From Octopus sinensis (Eukaryota), in the NCBI RefSeq assembly GCF_006345805.1, contig NC_043013.1:43586001-43650000 (forward strand): 64,000 nt of DNA, given 5' to 3'. Positions within the stretch are counted from its first letter, which is position 1, and every line of letters starts with the position of its first letter. A model generated the notes under the pieces. The model did no database searches. It saw only the letters and a program-made list of their open reading frames with translations, and was not told the origin of the DNA. This document shows, piece by piece, positions 12,487 to 26,626 of this stretch. A program made the position numbers and the translations under genes.

Positions 12487-15400
12487 TTTCTTTTTTCTTT
12501 CAAATTTTCTTCCATTTCTTGCCGAGTGTCTTCCCGACTCCTAGGGCAAAGAAACTCATAGTGTATATTGGTAGGCCATTAAACCAAACTCAGTAGTTCG
12601 TTCATTTTTTTTTTTTTTTTTTAAAGTTAAATTAAAATACATGAGCAGCAACAGTTCTCACATCGACAATGCTCTTCTCAATACATGTGATGTACCAGTT
12701 AAGACAATCTTTTGCACTTCTTGCAGGGATGGTAAGCCAGGGATCATTCTCATATAATTTTCGGTTCCCTTCTTGATCATTCCTAGTGCTCCTACGATCA
12801 CTGGTATTGTAACCGCCTTGAGATGCCACATTTTCTCAATTTCAATGAGTAGGTCTTTATATTTTCTGAGCTTGTCAAACTCTTTCGCTGAGATATTATG
12901 ATCACAGGGGATGCTCATGTCGATCAATAAGCAAACTTTATTGTTTTGGTCTTTCACAACAATATCTGGTTTATTGGCCTTGATGGTTCGGTCTGTATGT
13001 ACTGGAAGGTCCCACAGAATGGTTACATTTTCTCCTTCAGTTACAGCCTCAGGGTGGTGATTATACCACTTGTCGGCAGTTTTGATATTGTAATGCCGAC
13101 TTATTAGCCAGTGGAGATATTGGCCAACTCTGTCATGTCTTAATTTATACTCCACTGGTGCTAAGACTTTACATCCAGAGATTAGGTGGTCCACTGTTTC
13201 AATCATGTCGTTACAGAATCGGCATTTTGGGTCTGCGCCATTTTTCATCACATTGGCCTGGTAGTTCCGGGTTAATAGGCTTTGGTCTTGAGCAGCCAGG
13301 ATGAAACCTTCGCTCTCTGCTTTTAGCCCTGAGCTCCGCAGCCACTGATGGGTTTGCTTCTGGTCAACATCAGCTTGTTTGCTGCGGGTCACATATTTGC
13401 CGTGCAGAGGTTTCTCCTCCCACCTATCAGCCAATTGCTCGTGCGCTTTTTCATTGCCATCATTTTCACCTTCTTTGCAACAATAGTTGCCGTACTTCCC
13501 TCGGGTTGTTCAGTTTGGGTATCCTGCACGAGATCAATAGCAATTTTTTGCTTTCCTTGATGATAGAATGAAGCTTCTTTTCTCTCGTGATTTTCCACGA
13601 GCTTTAGCATCCAGTCATTCGATATTTCGAGATATTTGGCCAGTCCAATTGTGGTTGTTTTGTAAGCTAGTTCAAATTGGATCAGGCCTCGACCTCCTTG
13701 GGCTCTGGGAAGGTAAAGGCGATCTACGTCTGCCTTTGAGTGGTGCATCCTATTACAACTCAGCACCTTGCGTATTTTTCTATCTATATTCTTTACTTCA
13801 CTCATATTCCAGTTCAACACATTGTAGCTATAAGTAACAACTGGAACTGCTAAGGAATTTATAGCTAACACCTTGTTACGTGCATTTAGTTCAGATTTCA
13901 GGACTGCACGAACTCTCCTATAACATTCCTTCCTGATTTTCTCTTTCATGCTTGCATGCTGAATACCAGAGCCTTCATTTATCCCTAAATATTTGTATGT
14001 TTGTTCTTGCTCAAGCTCTCTTATGACTGTGTCAACATCTAACACGACTGAATTTGTGGTCTTCACTTTCCCTTTCTGGAAAGTGGCCTTGGCACACTTC
14101 TCAAGTCCAAACTCCATCCCGATGTCATCGCTGAATGCTTTCACGGTGCGCAATAGGCCTTCAAGTTCATTATTGTCTTTACCATAAAGTTTTAAGTCAT
14201 CCATATAAAATAGATGGCTTATTTTTTATTGGCAATTTTATACCCATACCCTGTTCTGTTTAATTCACTTGTAAGGGGTATTAGGGCTATGCAGAATATT
14301 AAAGGTGAAAGTGAGTCACCTTGAAAAATTCCACAGTTGATGTTTATATTTTCTGAGGCAAGTACTCCATTAGAGTGGTATAATTGGAGATTCGTATTCC
14401 ACAACGACATATTGTGCTTCAGGAAGTTTGAAATCACAGGGGAAATTTTGAAGATGTCCAGCGATCTCAAGATCCATGAATGCGGTATACTGTCGAAGGC
14501 CTTTTTATTGTCAATCCATGCGGTGCTGAGATTTCTGCGCTTGTTGTGACAGTTCTCAAGGATCATACGATTGATTAGCAGTTGATCTTTGCATCCGTAA
14601 GAGCCTCGGCGGCACCCTTTTTGTTCAATGGGGAAAATATCGTTCTTCTCCATGAATGCATATGTTTTCTCCGCCAGGATAGATGTTAGGATTTTATACG
14701 TGGTGGATAGAAGGTTATAGGCCGATAGTTTTTTGGAAGGTTGGTTTCGTTATTCTTTGGGAGTAGGTAAGTAATGCCACTTGCTAACCATTCAGGTGTT
14801 TTCTTTGGGTCTCTCATAATTCCATTGAGCAGCTGAACTAGCTTACCGTGTGCGCACGGGAGCGATGCGAGCCAGAAATTCGGCACCCTATCTTTACCGG
14901 GGGATTTCCAATTATGGGCCTTCGTGAGTGCCTTTCTTAGGTCTGCTATTGTGATATCTTCCCATGCTTGTTGTTGTAAATTTTGGTAGGATCCTTCAGT
15001 TTGTATAATCCAGTCTGCATTTATGTTGTACGTCTTCTTGTCACTCCAAATCCTTTTCCAAAAGTTTTGAACTTCTTCCATGGGAGGGGGGTCTTTAACG
15101 GTTACTTTCTCCTTCCCTATTTCTCTGTAGAATTTTTTGGCATTGGATGTGAACAGCTTATTTTGCTTGTAAAACTTGTTCTCTTCTCAAATCTTCGTAT
15201 TCTTTGGGCTTTTGCTTGGACTTTTTGTTTCAGCGTTTCTTTTATTGATATCAGTTCTTCTCTTGGTGAGGATCCAAATTTTCTCTTCATCTTTCTTCCT
15301 GTTCTGGATCTTACATCATTTCCACATATTAGTTCATTTAATATTGATATTTCCCCTCTCATAAATTCAATCTCTTTTTCAATTTTACTTCTCCAGGTTT

Positions 15401-16449
15401 GATTTCTTCCCAGGTTTTGTTTTCTTTGTTTTTTCGGGGGCATACAGCTGGTTTCAATTGCCCTAACAGAAGCGTAAATAATTTCATTTAACTCAGTAAA
15501 ATCAGGTTTTAATTCTCGTATTATTTCATTTGTTACATAGTTGCCAATTTGGATTTGTTTTTTATTTTGGTTTGTATTTGAGAGTTTATGAAGCGGTTCT
15601 CTATCATTCATACTTGTATGTCTTACAACTTCAAGCGTATTCAGGATTTTCTGCCTCATTTCTGCCATAGACTCTCTGTGTTCTTCAGCAAATGCGAGAT
15701 CTTCAGTTACTGTTGTTTTTTCGTTTTCCTGGCTATCTTTAATTGGTACAATAGAATTTCTTGTATCTTCAGGCCTTTGCGTACTTTGGTCAGATGGCAG
15801 TCTTTCAATTAAGCCTCGTGGCGGGCTATACTGTTCATCTGATTCTTCATTTCCTTTGTGTCTTATATTTATGTCATTTTCTGTTGCGTGCTTGATCGCG
15901 CTTATTTCACTGTCTGTGAGTCTGTTATTTCTAAAGATATCCCTCCTCACATTTGCTAATTTGTTCTCGTCCAAATAGGGCCTACTGTCTTGATTCCGTG
16001 TTCTCCATATACTGTAAGAGTTTGCGGTGTGTCTCTCTTGAGATGGCCTACCTAATGCATAGTAATAAGCGTATATTACTTCTTTATACTCTTCTCGGGT
16101 CCATTTGTTCCGCTTACATTTTTCTTTCTGTGGTGGTTGTGGTGGTGAACTTGGAGGGCTCGAGTTGGGGGATTTCCCGTTCAAGTGACCATCCATGTCC
16201 GTATTCGGAGAAGAGTTTGTGCCAGTTGATGACTTTTCGATCCCAGGCTGGCTCTTCCCTGGGGGACGCGCTTCCAGATTAACCATAGGACAAGCGATTT
16301 GGTATACTGATTTAGTTTTCCTTTTAGTTTCCAAAAACATTTTGGTGCTACGATAATGTTATCATTTTTTAGCTTTGATTGGCTCGTGGGGAGACGGCCA
16401 TCATTGCCGTTACAATTATAATCGTACCATTATAGCAGCCGTAGTCGGC
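12486..16449 (-). mobile_element. Near-full-length R4/Dong-clade non-LTR retrotransposon (RT + CCHC + restriction-like endonuclease), frameshifted
   Basis: ORF pieces 16340 to 12658: N-terminal KWTREE Myb-like motif, RT (GIFQGDSLSPLIF, YMDDLKLY), C-x2-C-x7-H-x4-C knuckle (CRFC...HLISGC), RHD motif, KPDIVV...LLIDMSIP endonuclease. The 3' end abuts (TAA)n at 12450-12485. Confidence 0.9.
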
Positions 16450-17329
16450 TTATTATTGTTATTATCACCACCATTACCATCATCATTATCATCACCATCA
16501 CCATCACCACCATCATCATCAATGATATTGTTTTATGTGTAGTCACAGCAGTATCTTATTATTGTTATTTTTGTTTTTTTATCATTATCACCATCACAGT
16601 AGTGTCTGTCTGTCTCGTTGGCTGGCTTGGTGGTTGGCTGGCTGACTGTCTTCAACACTAGAGTTCTTGCCTGTCAAATAATACTTTCTTTGTGTTGGTT
16701 GAACTCTTTGAGTGTGTGTGTGTGTGTGTGTAGATAGATAGATTATCAGCACTACTACTATCATTATTATCATCATCACCATCATCACCATCACCATCAG
16801 TGATATTTTTTTTTTTTTTTCTCTTTAGGTGCGGTCCTATCGGTCAAAAAAAGTTCAGATGTTTACTACTATTAGGCTTAAGAAAAATTAAGGAAGGGCT
16901 GTTCTGTATTGTTTGTGAATAGAGAAGTTGTGTTCGACCAGAGAGAATCTTAGCATCATCATTTTTTTTTTTTTTTTTTTCCATGTGCGTTTGTGTTATT
17001 GCAATAAAAAGTGTTTGTATATTTCGTGTAAGGTAATATTGTGGAGGTTGAAGTTGACTTTTCTAGAGATGTTTGTATGTCCAGTTAGAAGAACAGGTGT
17101 GTTTTTACAATAAAAAAAGTATATGTTTACATTTATATTTGAATATTCAGGGAGGAAGCAAAGAAAAGTCAGATTTTCATAGAAAGTTTTAGGGTCTTGT
17201 AAGTCCACAAAAACAAAAAAAGAAAAGCGTGATGTGTTTAGAGAGAAGAAAAAAAAAAGGATGTTTACAGAGGCAATTGTGGGTATCAAAGTTTTTAAAG
17301 CTGGTCGAATGTATGATTGAAAACTGTAG

Positions 17330-17530
17330 ATATTATTATTATTATTATTATTATTACTATTATTATTATTATTATTATTATCATTATTATTATTATCATT
17401 ATTATTACTATTATTATTATTACTATTATTATTATTATTATTATTACTATTATTATTATTATTATTATTATCATCATCATCATTATATTATTACTACTAC
17501 TATTATTATTACTCTTACTACATTATTAAG
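17330..17530. repeat. Imperfect (ATT)n microsatellite
   Basis: Directly visible. Produces the poly-Y, poly-I and poly-L pseudo-ORFs. Confidence 0.95.
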
Positions 17531-19227
17531 ACGGCAAGCTGGCAGAATTGTTAGCATGCTAAGCAAAATACTAAGTGGCATTTCATCTATCTTTACATTC
17601 TAAGTTCAAATTCCACTGAGGTCGATTTTGCCTTTCATCCTTTAGGGATCAATAAAATAAGTACCAGCTGAGCACTGGAGTGGGTGTAACTGACTAACCC
17701 CGCCCCGCAAATTTCAGGCCTTGTGCCTTTAGCAGAAAGGATCATTATTATTATTATTATTATTGAATAAGCTCTAGCACAATTATTATTATCAAATAGG
17801 CAAAGAGTGGCGAGCTGGCAGAATCATTAGCACCCTGGGCAAGATGTTTAGTGGCATTGTCCATCTTTATGTTCTGAGTTCAAATTTTACCAATGCTAAC
17901 TTTGCCTTTCATCCTTTTGGGGTTAATAAAATAAGCACCTATTGAACACCAAAGTCAATGTAATCAACTTACCCCTTCCTTGGAATTGCAGGCCTTGTGT
18001 TAAAATTTGAATGCGTAGGAGTGGCTGTGTGGTAAGTAGCTTGCTTACCAACCACATGGTTTCGGGTTCAGTCCCACTACGTGGCACGTTGGGCAAGTGT
18101 CTTCTACTATAGCTTCAGGCCAACCAAAGCCTTGTGAGTAGATTTGGTAGACGTAAACTAAAAGAAGCCCGTCGTATATATGTATATGTGTGTGTGTGTA
18201 TGTGTTTGTTCCACCAACATCGTTTGACAACCGATGCTGGTATGTTTACATCCCCGTAACTTAGTGGTTTGGCAAAAGAGACCGATGGAATAAGTACTAG
18301 GCTAACAAAGAGTAAGTCCTGGGGTCGATTTGCTCGACTAAAGGCGTTGCTCCAGCATGGTCACAGTCAAATGACTGAAACAAGTAAAAGAGTATTATTA
18401 TTTTTATAATTATTATTTATGGATTACGAAATACATCGAAAGTTTCCTTTATGGAAACAAGGATTAGGTATATCTTGGAAAATATCCATAAATGTATTTA
18501 AGATTGACAAGGATTTTAGACATCAATGTAAGCAATTAATGTGAACTAAAACATTTAATGGGTGAACATAACGTAGCACTCTGTCGGTTACTATGATGTG
18601 GGTTCCAGTTAATCTGATCAATGGAACAGCCTGCTCGTGAAATTAACGTGCAAGTAGCTGAGCACTCCACAGACATATATACCCTTAACGTAAGTTCACA
18701 GAGTGTGACAAGGCTGGACCTTTGAAATACAGGTACAACAGAAACGGCGAGCTGGCAGAATCGCTAGCACGCTGGGCGAAATGCTTAGTGGTATTTTGTC
18801 TGCTGCTACATTCTGAGTTCAAATTCCACCGAGGTCGACTTTGCCTTTCATCCTTTCGGGGTCGATTAAATAAGTACCAGTTACACACTGGGGTCAATAT
18901 AATCAACTTAATCCATTTGTCTATCCTTGTTTGTCCTCTCTGGGTTTAGCCCCTTGTGGGTAGTAAAGAAATAGGTACAACAGAAACAGGAGAGAAAGTT
19001 GTGGTGAAAGAGTACAGCAGGGTTTGCCATTACCCTCTGCCAGAGCCTCATGGATCTTTAGGTGTTTTTGCTCAATAAACACTCACAATGCCCAGTCTGG
19101 GAATCGAAACCATGATCCTACGACCATGAGTCTACTAACCACTGGGTCATTGCATCTCCACAATGGATAAACATACATAAAAAGGCACAAGGTTAACATG
19201 ATTATTATTACTACTACTATAATCCTC

Positions 19228-19565
19228 ATGAAGGCGCATGGCTCAGTGGTTAGAGAGTCGAGCTTACGATCGTGAGGTTATGAGCTCGAAACCTGGACCA
19301 GGCTGCATGTTGTGTTCTTGAGCAAGACACTTTATTTCACATTGCTCCAGTTCACTCAGCTGTAGAAATGAGTTGCAACATCACAGGTGCCAAACTGTAT
19401 CAGCCTTTGCCTTTCCCTTGGATAACACTGGTGGCATGGAGAGGGGAGGCCGGTATGCATAGGCGACTGCTGGTCTTCCATAAACAACCTTGCCCGGACT
19501 TGTGCCTGGGAGGGTAACTTTCTAGGTGCAATCCCATGGTCTGTGTTGTGACCGAAGGGGGTCTT
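19228..19565 (+). mobile_element. tRNA-derived SINE family D
   Basis: GAAGGCGCATGGCTCAGTGG...CTTGAGCAAGACAC...GACCGAAGGGGGTC. Second copy at about 45267-45565. Confidence 0.78.
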
Positions 19566-21199
19566 ACTATAATCCTAACTACTGCTATTACTACTATATA
19601 TAATAATATTATTATTATGAGCCTTATGGAGCTAGTGACAGGTGATTGCGACCTTTGGTGATATATCATGCTGCTTGTGTAGATGTGTCAAGCCAAGTGA
19701 GACTGTAGTCAAGGCTGATGCTGGTGTCAAGTGAATGGTACCTGTGTCAGTGGCACATAAAAAACATTCACTACACTCTCGGAGGAGTTGGTGCTAGGAA
19801 GGGTATCTAGCTGTAGAAACCTTGCCAAACCAGATTAGAACCTGGTGCAGTTCTCTGGCTTACCAGTTTTCAGTCAAACCGTCCAACCCATGCCAGCATG
19901 GAAAGCGGACATTAAATGATGATGATGATGACGATGATGATGAAGTACTGTTGTTGTCGCTAGGCCAAACTCATCGTAAAGCAGACATCGTAAAGCGGTC
20001 CGTGCCCACCAAATTTGTTGGTGTTATACCTTCGTAAGAAATCATCAACATCATATTTGTCATTATAAGGAACCTTGTGTAGGTAAGCTGAGTCTGCTGT
20101 TCAATTTCAATATTACCTTTATTTTCTAAATACATAAATAAAATGTAAATTAAAATTTCTTCCTAGTTAAGACATTTTATTTCACTCATCCTTCTAATAA
20201 CCTTGGGAAAGATATAAAAGTTACAACTTCACTCATGAAAATCCAATGCCTTGTGCCTATATTCTTTTCTACTCTAGGCACAATGCCCAAAATTTGTAGG
20301 GAGCAGGCCAGTCAATTAGATCGACCCCAGTACACAACTGGTACTTAATTTATCGACCCTGAAAGGATGAAAGGCAAAGTCGACTTCGGCGGAATTTGAA
20401 CTCAGAACATAAAGACAGACGAAATACCACTAAGCATTTTGCCTGGCGTGCTAACGTTTCTGCCAGCTCACCACCTAAGGCCTTGTGCCTATATTAAGAT
20501 TTGGTCAGAAGTCACCTGACAGTAAATCAAAATTCCATAAACACTATCTGTAATTCTGTATTGACTTGAATGGAAAAATGTATCGCTCAAGAAGGACTTC
20601 AGTTTGAACAATTTTCATGATGTTTCATATTTAGATGCTTCTATTATATTCATTCAGTTGTGAAACATAAATAAATCTTGGAATTAAATGGTTTTGATTT
20701 ACTGTCAGGCAACTTTTGGCCAGCCCTGTATTAAGATTAAATTATAAGGTTAGATGGTTTAAAATAAATTGAAGAATAAAAAAACTGGATGTGAAATGGA
20801 GTAGTATTTACACAAGTTAATTGTTTCTTATTCCATTGGTTTAAAAGATCTGAATTGGGGCATAAAGAGAATTAAATTCAATACTGTTACATATTTACTC
20901 CTCTACTCTACAGTCTTAGCTACCTACACTGTATTTTTAAAGTACAGTGTACTTTTAAAGTACCTACACTGTACTTTTAAAGTAAACAGTATTCCTATAT
21001 ACACAGAACTGAACAAGACATTTTAAAAGAAGGCTCGGTTGTGTGGTAAGAAGATCTGCTTCCCAACCACATCGTTAGGAGGGTTCAGTCCCACTGCTTG
21101 GCACCTCGGGCAAATGTCTTCTGCTATAGCCTCAGACCAACTAAAGCCTTGTGAGTTGATCTGGTAGATGGAAACACAAAGAAGCTCATTGTGTGTGTA

Positions 21200-21760
21200 T
21201 TGGGTTGTCCAGAAAGTTCGTACCAATTTTTAAAGGAAAGAAAAAGGTCAATAAATACTTGCCATTACATTTTTAATCAACCAAATATGAACCATTTTGT
21301 TGCACAATGCGTCTCCATCTTTCCTTTGACTTGAAAATACCCTCTTCCCAAAATTTAGGTGGTTTCATGGCAAAGAATTCAAGGTATCTTTTTGCGTCAT
21401 CCAAGGAATTGAAATTTTTACCATTAAGACTATTCTGCAGAGACCTGAATAAGTGGAAATCCGAAGGAGCAATATCTGGTGAATGTGGAGGGTGGGGCAA
21501 TAAATCCCAGCCGAGCTGGAGCAATTTTTGCCTGCTTCCCAAAGCATCAAGTGCCAAAAATAAACTTTCTTATCTTCCATTTTAAAGGGTTACAGAATTA
21601 ACACAGGTTATAGAAACAAACTTTCTTCCACGAAAATATAGCTTAAACTGTGCTCTAAATGGAGGTGTAGTCAAATCCTATTTTATGGACTCAGCCATGT
21701 TCTAAAATAAGTCAAAAGATAAGCTACTATAAATTGGCACGAACTTTCCGGACAACCCAA
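21200..21760 (-). mobile_element. Internally deleted mariner element
   Basis: TIRs TTGGGTTGTCCAGAAAGTTCGT / ACGAACTTTCCGGACAACCCAA with TA TSD. Remnant HPPHSPDIAPSDFHLFRSLQNSL. Confidence 0.88.
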
Positions 21761-21824
21761 TATATACATATATATACACACATACATATATACATACATA
21801 CATATATACATACATACATATATA

Positions 21825-21862
<38 letters not shown>

Positions 21863-22211
21863 TTATATATATATGTATACATCATCACATATATATGCAT
21901 GTATGTATTTGTGTCTGTGTTTGTCCTCTACCACTGCTTAACAACCAGTGTAGTTGTGCTTACGTCCACGTAATTTAGCAGCTCAGCAAAAGAGACTGAT
22001 AGAATAATTGCCAGGCTTAAAAAAATAAGTAGTGGGGTTGATAGATTCGACTAAAAAATTATTCAAGGCGGTGCCCCAGCATGGCCGCAGTCTAACGACT
22101 GAAACAAATGAAAAGAATAAAAGATAAAACTGCAGCGATGCTCTCCAAACGAACAATGTTTTAAATGTTATGTACAGATAAGAAATAAGAATCTAGGAAA
22201 CAAAGTCTTAC

Positions 22212-22411
22212 TTTCTGTAGATATATTACTCCAAAAATCGCATCCCATCATATCGAGATCATGTGCTTCAAAGTCCTTAAGCAAGCCTCTACCAAGATTT
22301 TGAAACATATCCCAAACACGAAGCTTTCCTGTATTGCAGCCAGACACCAGCAATTTACTATCAGGACTGAAGGCACAAGTCACCACAAACGTCGTGTGTC
22401 CTTGCAGGCAC
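22212..22411 (-). CDS. WDSUB1: WDSUB1 coding exon 2
   Basis: Acceptor TTTCAG|G; (R)CLQGHTTFVVTCAFSPDSKLLVSGCNTGKLRVWD...EAHDLDMMGCDFWSNISTE; donor A|GTAAGA. 200 nt, phases fit both neighbours. Confidence 0.92.
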
Positions 22412-23905
22412 CTGAAATTGGATGGGAAATTAGAAATAAAGACTTGTAGGCATTTTGAAGTGAGATAAAAAGCTTTCAGATACACTATGAATGAAATGAT
22501 TGACTTAACCTTTTAACATCCAGATTTCTCCCTCAAATTTACTGATTATTTATTCACATCATTTTGAACTAACCATACAGTATTGCGGTGAAGATGGCTG
22601 TCAGGAAAGTGTGAGCCCTGTGAGTCAGAGTGGCTGTTCCAGCATCTCTCCCTTGCCATCCTCCAGGGCAACGCCTTTTCCATTTTGTCAGCTGGAACCA
22701 TGAGACGGCCTGACGTAGAGGAAACTGTACATTCCACTCCTTGATGCAAAGTTCTTCTCATATCCTATATGGCCTTTTGGTTTTCATTCATTGTTTATTA
22801 TGAGGTTATATTTAAGGTAGCAAGCTGGCAGAAACGTTAGCACGCTGGGCGAAATGCTTAGCAGTATTTCGCCTGCCGTTACGTTCTGAGTTCAAATTCC
22901 GCCGAGGTTGACGTTACCTTTCATCCTTTCGGGGTCGATAAATTAAGTACCAATTACACAATGGGGTCGATATAATCGATTTAATCCATTTGTCTGTCCT
23001 TGTTTGTTCCCTCTGTGTGTAACCCCTTGTGGGCAGTAAAGAAATAAGAAAAGTTAGCACGGTTGGTCATGGTCGGAATATCTGAATATTTTTTATGGTA
23101 GGCCTGTCTGATAAAAGATGACCCGGAGCTAAACTACAAGAATTAATATCATCATCAGTTTGACCGTTTTTTCCCTTTTTTTCTCTCCTACACTGTTACA
23201 AGGAATTAAGCACCACATACAACTAGAATTTTATTTCTAATGTAGGAACAACTGGCAGAACCATTAGCACACTGGGAAAAATGCTTAGTGGCATTTCTGA
23301 GTTCAAATTCTGCTGAGGTCAACTTCGCTTTTCAACCTTTCAGAGTCAATAAATGAGTACCAGTGGTGTACTGAGGGTCAATGTATTTGACTTAACTCCT
23401 CCTCTGAAATTACTGACCTTCAGCCAAAATTTGAAACCAATATATGAAAAGTGTTATGATGTTTTCTCAAATCAATGGGGGCTGAGACTCTGGGACATCC
23501 ACAACCCCTCGGCGACCTCACCTAAATACAATAGTTTTATTTGATTGCAGAAAGGATGAAAAGCAAGGTCAAGCTTAACAGTATTTTCACTAGGGACAGG
23601 ACAAACTTATTTGAAGACTTTTATTACCACTCTCTCATCTTATTATGATTAATATGTCTATTTATTTACTATCCACAAGGGGCTAAACACAGAGGGGACA
23701 AACAAGGACAGACGAACGGATTAAGTCAATTACATCGACCCCAGTGCGTAACTGGTGCTTAATTTATCGACCCCGAAAGGATGAAAGGCAAAGTCAACCT
23801 CGGCGGAATTTGAACTCAGAATGCAGCAGCGGACGAAATACCACAAAGCATTTCGCCCGGCATTCTAACGATTCTGCCAATTCGCCACCTTAATATTATG
23901 ACTAA

Positions 23906-24201
23906 CTAGCAGTATCGCCCGGCGTTGCTCGGGTTTCTAAGGGAAATAACTACATAAGCATTTTTAGAGAGTTATAGCCAAAAAATAGCAAAAAAATGCA
24001 TTAAAAATGGAAAAAAATGATGGTAAATTATTTTTTAAATCGTAGACTCATCGTAGATGCGCGCTAATACCCAGACGGGCTCGATATGAATCACAACTAT
24101 AAGATACCCGGTTTTGGTTAAACTGTACCGCAAAATGTGGGAGTAGTTAGGAATCTAAATCGTAGGAGACAGACACACAACTTCACTTTTATAAATAAAG
24201 A
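23906..24201 (-). mobile_element. Non-autonomous Helitron
   Basis: A|TC ... CCCGAGCAACGCCGGG ... CTAG|T on minus. Shares about 100 bp of 3' sequence with 35814-36197. Confidence 0.75.
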
Positions 24202-24798
24202 TATGTCAACACTTAGCCTTTTCAGTGTCCAACTTTGAAAACATTGCCTCCTTCCCACACTCATACACGGAAATGGAATTTTGCCATGAGATTTATCGTG
24301 GCATTTTGATGTCTTTTCCAGCATAAAAAACATATATCCATTTACTTCCAGCCTTTCACTGAGGTTGCATTTTATATAGATTCAAGTTTGTTTTGGTTAT
24401 TTGTCAGCATCACAAGGGCGTGGGTGATAGCATATGGTAAAGTAGACAGAAGTTATGGATGTTACAAGGTTTAATTCCAAGTAACGGAAATGAAGCAGAC
24501 ATGGCTGTGTCAGTAAAAAAACAAGAGCTGGTTTTTCAACCATGTGGCAATGGGTTCAGTTCCATTATGCAGCACCTTGGGCAAGTATTGTCTTTTACAG
24601 CCCTGGGCTGAGCAAAGCCTTGTGAGTGGATTTGGTAGGCAGAAACCGAAAGAAGCCATTGTAAAGATGCAGTCACCGTATTTCACTCCATAACTTCCAC
24701 CTCTGAAGAGCACACAGTTACATAATTGGACAGTTACCTAACACTTCGGTGAACCCCTAGTACAAACCTGACCAGTAGGATCAGCCATAATAGATATA

Positions 24799-25841
24799 TT
24801 GAGTCACCCCATAAATAATGCAGTTTTTTTATACTTCTTTTATTTTTCAAACTTAAGATAATATACTACACTCACGGAGTGGTTGGCGTTAGGAAGGGCA
24901 TCCAGCTGTAGAAACACTGCCAGATCTGACTGGGCCTGATGAAGCCTTCCAGCTTCACAGACCCCAGTTGAATCGTCCAACCCATGCTAGCATGGAGAAC
25001 GGACGCTAAATGATGATGATGATGATGATGATACTCTGCTTCATTTTCTACAATGCTCTATCTATCCAGTAGACTTACAAGGCCCCTCTTTCAAAATTCA
25101 CTTGTCCGTGACAAAAAATACTCCTCCAGTACTGTTCTGACCTCGTCTACAGAGTTCATATTTTTTCCATCCAAATGATTTTGAAGACTGTGGAGTAAAT
25201 GATAATTGGGTGGGGCAATGTCTGGCAAATATGGTAGGTGGAGCATCATTTCCCATTCAAACTGCTCTAGCCTTTGGAATGTCATCCTCGCTGTATGTGG
25301 CCAAGCATTATCCTGATGGAAGAACACCTTTTGTCTTGAAACCAGAGACAGGTGTTTTTCTTCTAGTGCTGACTTAAGCCACTCAAGCTGCTCGCAGTAG
25401 ATCTCCTTCGTTATTGTTTGTTTTGGATTTAAAAGTTCAAAGTGGAATAAACTTTTCATATCCCACCAAACAGATAACAATACCTTACGTGGGTGAAGAC
25501 CCTTTAGCCTGGGGTGCTGGTGTTTCTCCTTTCCCTACCCACTGTCTTTGGTGCTTAACATTTTTATAGAAAACCGATTTCTTGTCACCAGTCACTATTC
25601 GGTACAAAAAAGGTTCATTCGTGGGATGTGACAGCAAAGAAGAGCACACATTCAATCTCTGCACATGATTGGCGCAGGAGTGGCTGTGTGGTAAGTAGCT
25701 TGCTTATCAACCACATGGTTCTGGGTTCAGTCCAACTGCGTGGCATCTTGGGCAAGTGTCTTCTGCTATAGCCCACGGCCGACCAATGCCTTGTGAGTGG
25801 ATTTGGTAGACAGAAACTGAAAGAAGCCTGTCGTATATATG

Positions 25842-25872
<31 letters not shown>

Positions 25873-26626
25873 CTGTGTTTGTCCCCCTAGCATTGCTTGA
25901 CAACCAGTGCTGGTGTGTTTATGTCCCCGTCACTTAGCGGTTTGGCAAGAGACCAATAGAATAAGTACTGGGCTTACAAAGAATAAGTCCCGGAGTCGAT
26001 TTCCTCGACTAAAGGCGGTGCTCCAGCATGGCCGCAGTCAAATGACTGAAACAAGTAAAAGAGTAAAAGAAATTAAACTCAGAAAGTTTGTAAGGAACTC
26101 ACTGACCCAATTTGCTGACTTTTCCAATGGCATGCAGGTGTCAATGAATGGTTGAACAATTAAATCCAATCTTCTCTGCTAGTTCAACAGTTATGATGGG
26201 ATTTTGTTCCATCAGGGTTTGCAGGATGTCTTTGTCAAGCTGTACAGATCTTCTAGGATGAGGCTCATCTTCTAGGATGTAGTTTCCAGCTCGGAATTTC
26301 TGGAACCACTGTTGACACTGGCTTACCCTTAATGTCTAATCCCCATATGTTGCATTAATATTCCTCACACTTTCTTTTGCATTGTTGCCTTTATTGAACT
26401 CATAAAGCAAAATATGCCGAATATGCTCCTTTGTCACTTTCATTATAGCTTTGAAAAAATAACTTAAAATCAAACTGCTCTCATCAAAACTTGCACTAAG
26501 AATAAGTACAAAGCAAAATTAATACCTGCTTTCATAGCAAGTTGATGCAGGTTGTTTATCCCACCTTCCTCCGACTTTTAGTTCATGCAATTGAAAAAAC
26601 CGCATTATTTATGGGATGACCCAAAA
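24799..26626 (-). mobile_element. Decayed near-full-length mariner (DD34D) transposon interrupted by retroposons
   Basis: Imperfect TIRs TTGAGTCACCCCATA...TATGGGATGACCCAA. Transposase pieces MKVTKEHIRHILLYEFNKG (~26445), RIVTGDK (~25600), LSVWWD, FHQDNA, PYLPDIAP. Inserts at about 24868-25032 and 25671-26069. Confidence 0.85.

Noticed and set aside
17229-17603. Poly-Tyr, poly-Ile and poly-Leu ORFs (also the poly-N ORF at 11702-12019)
   Set aside because: (ATT)n microsatellite translations. Only 11716-11799 is a real exon.
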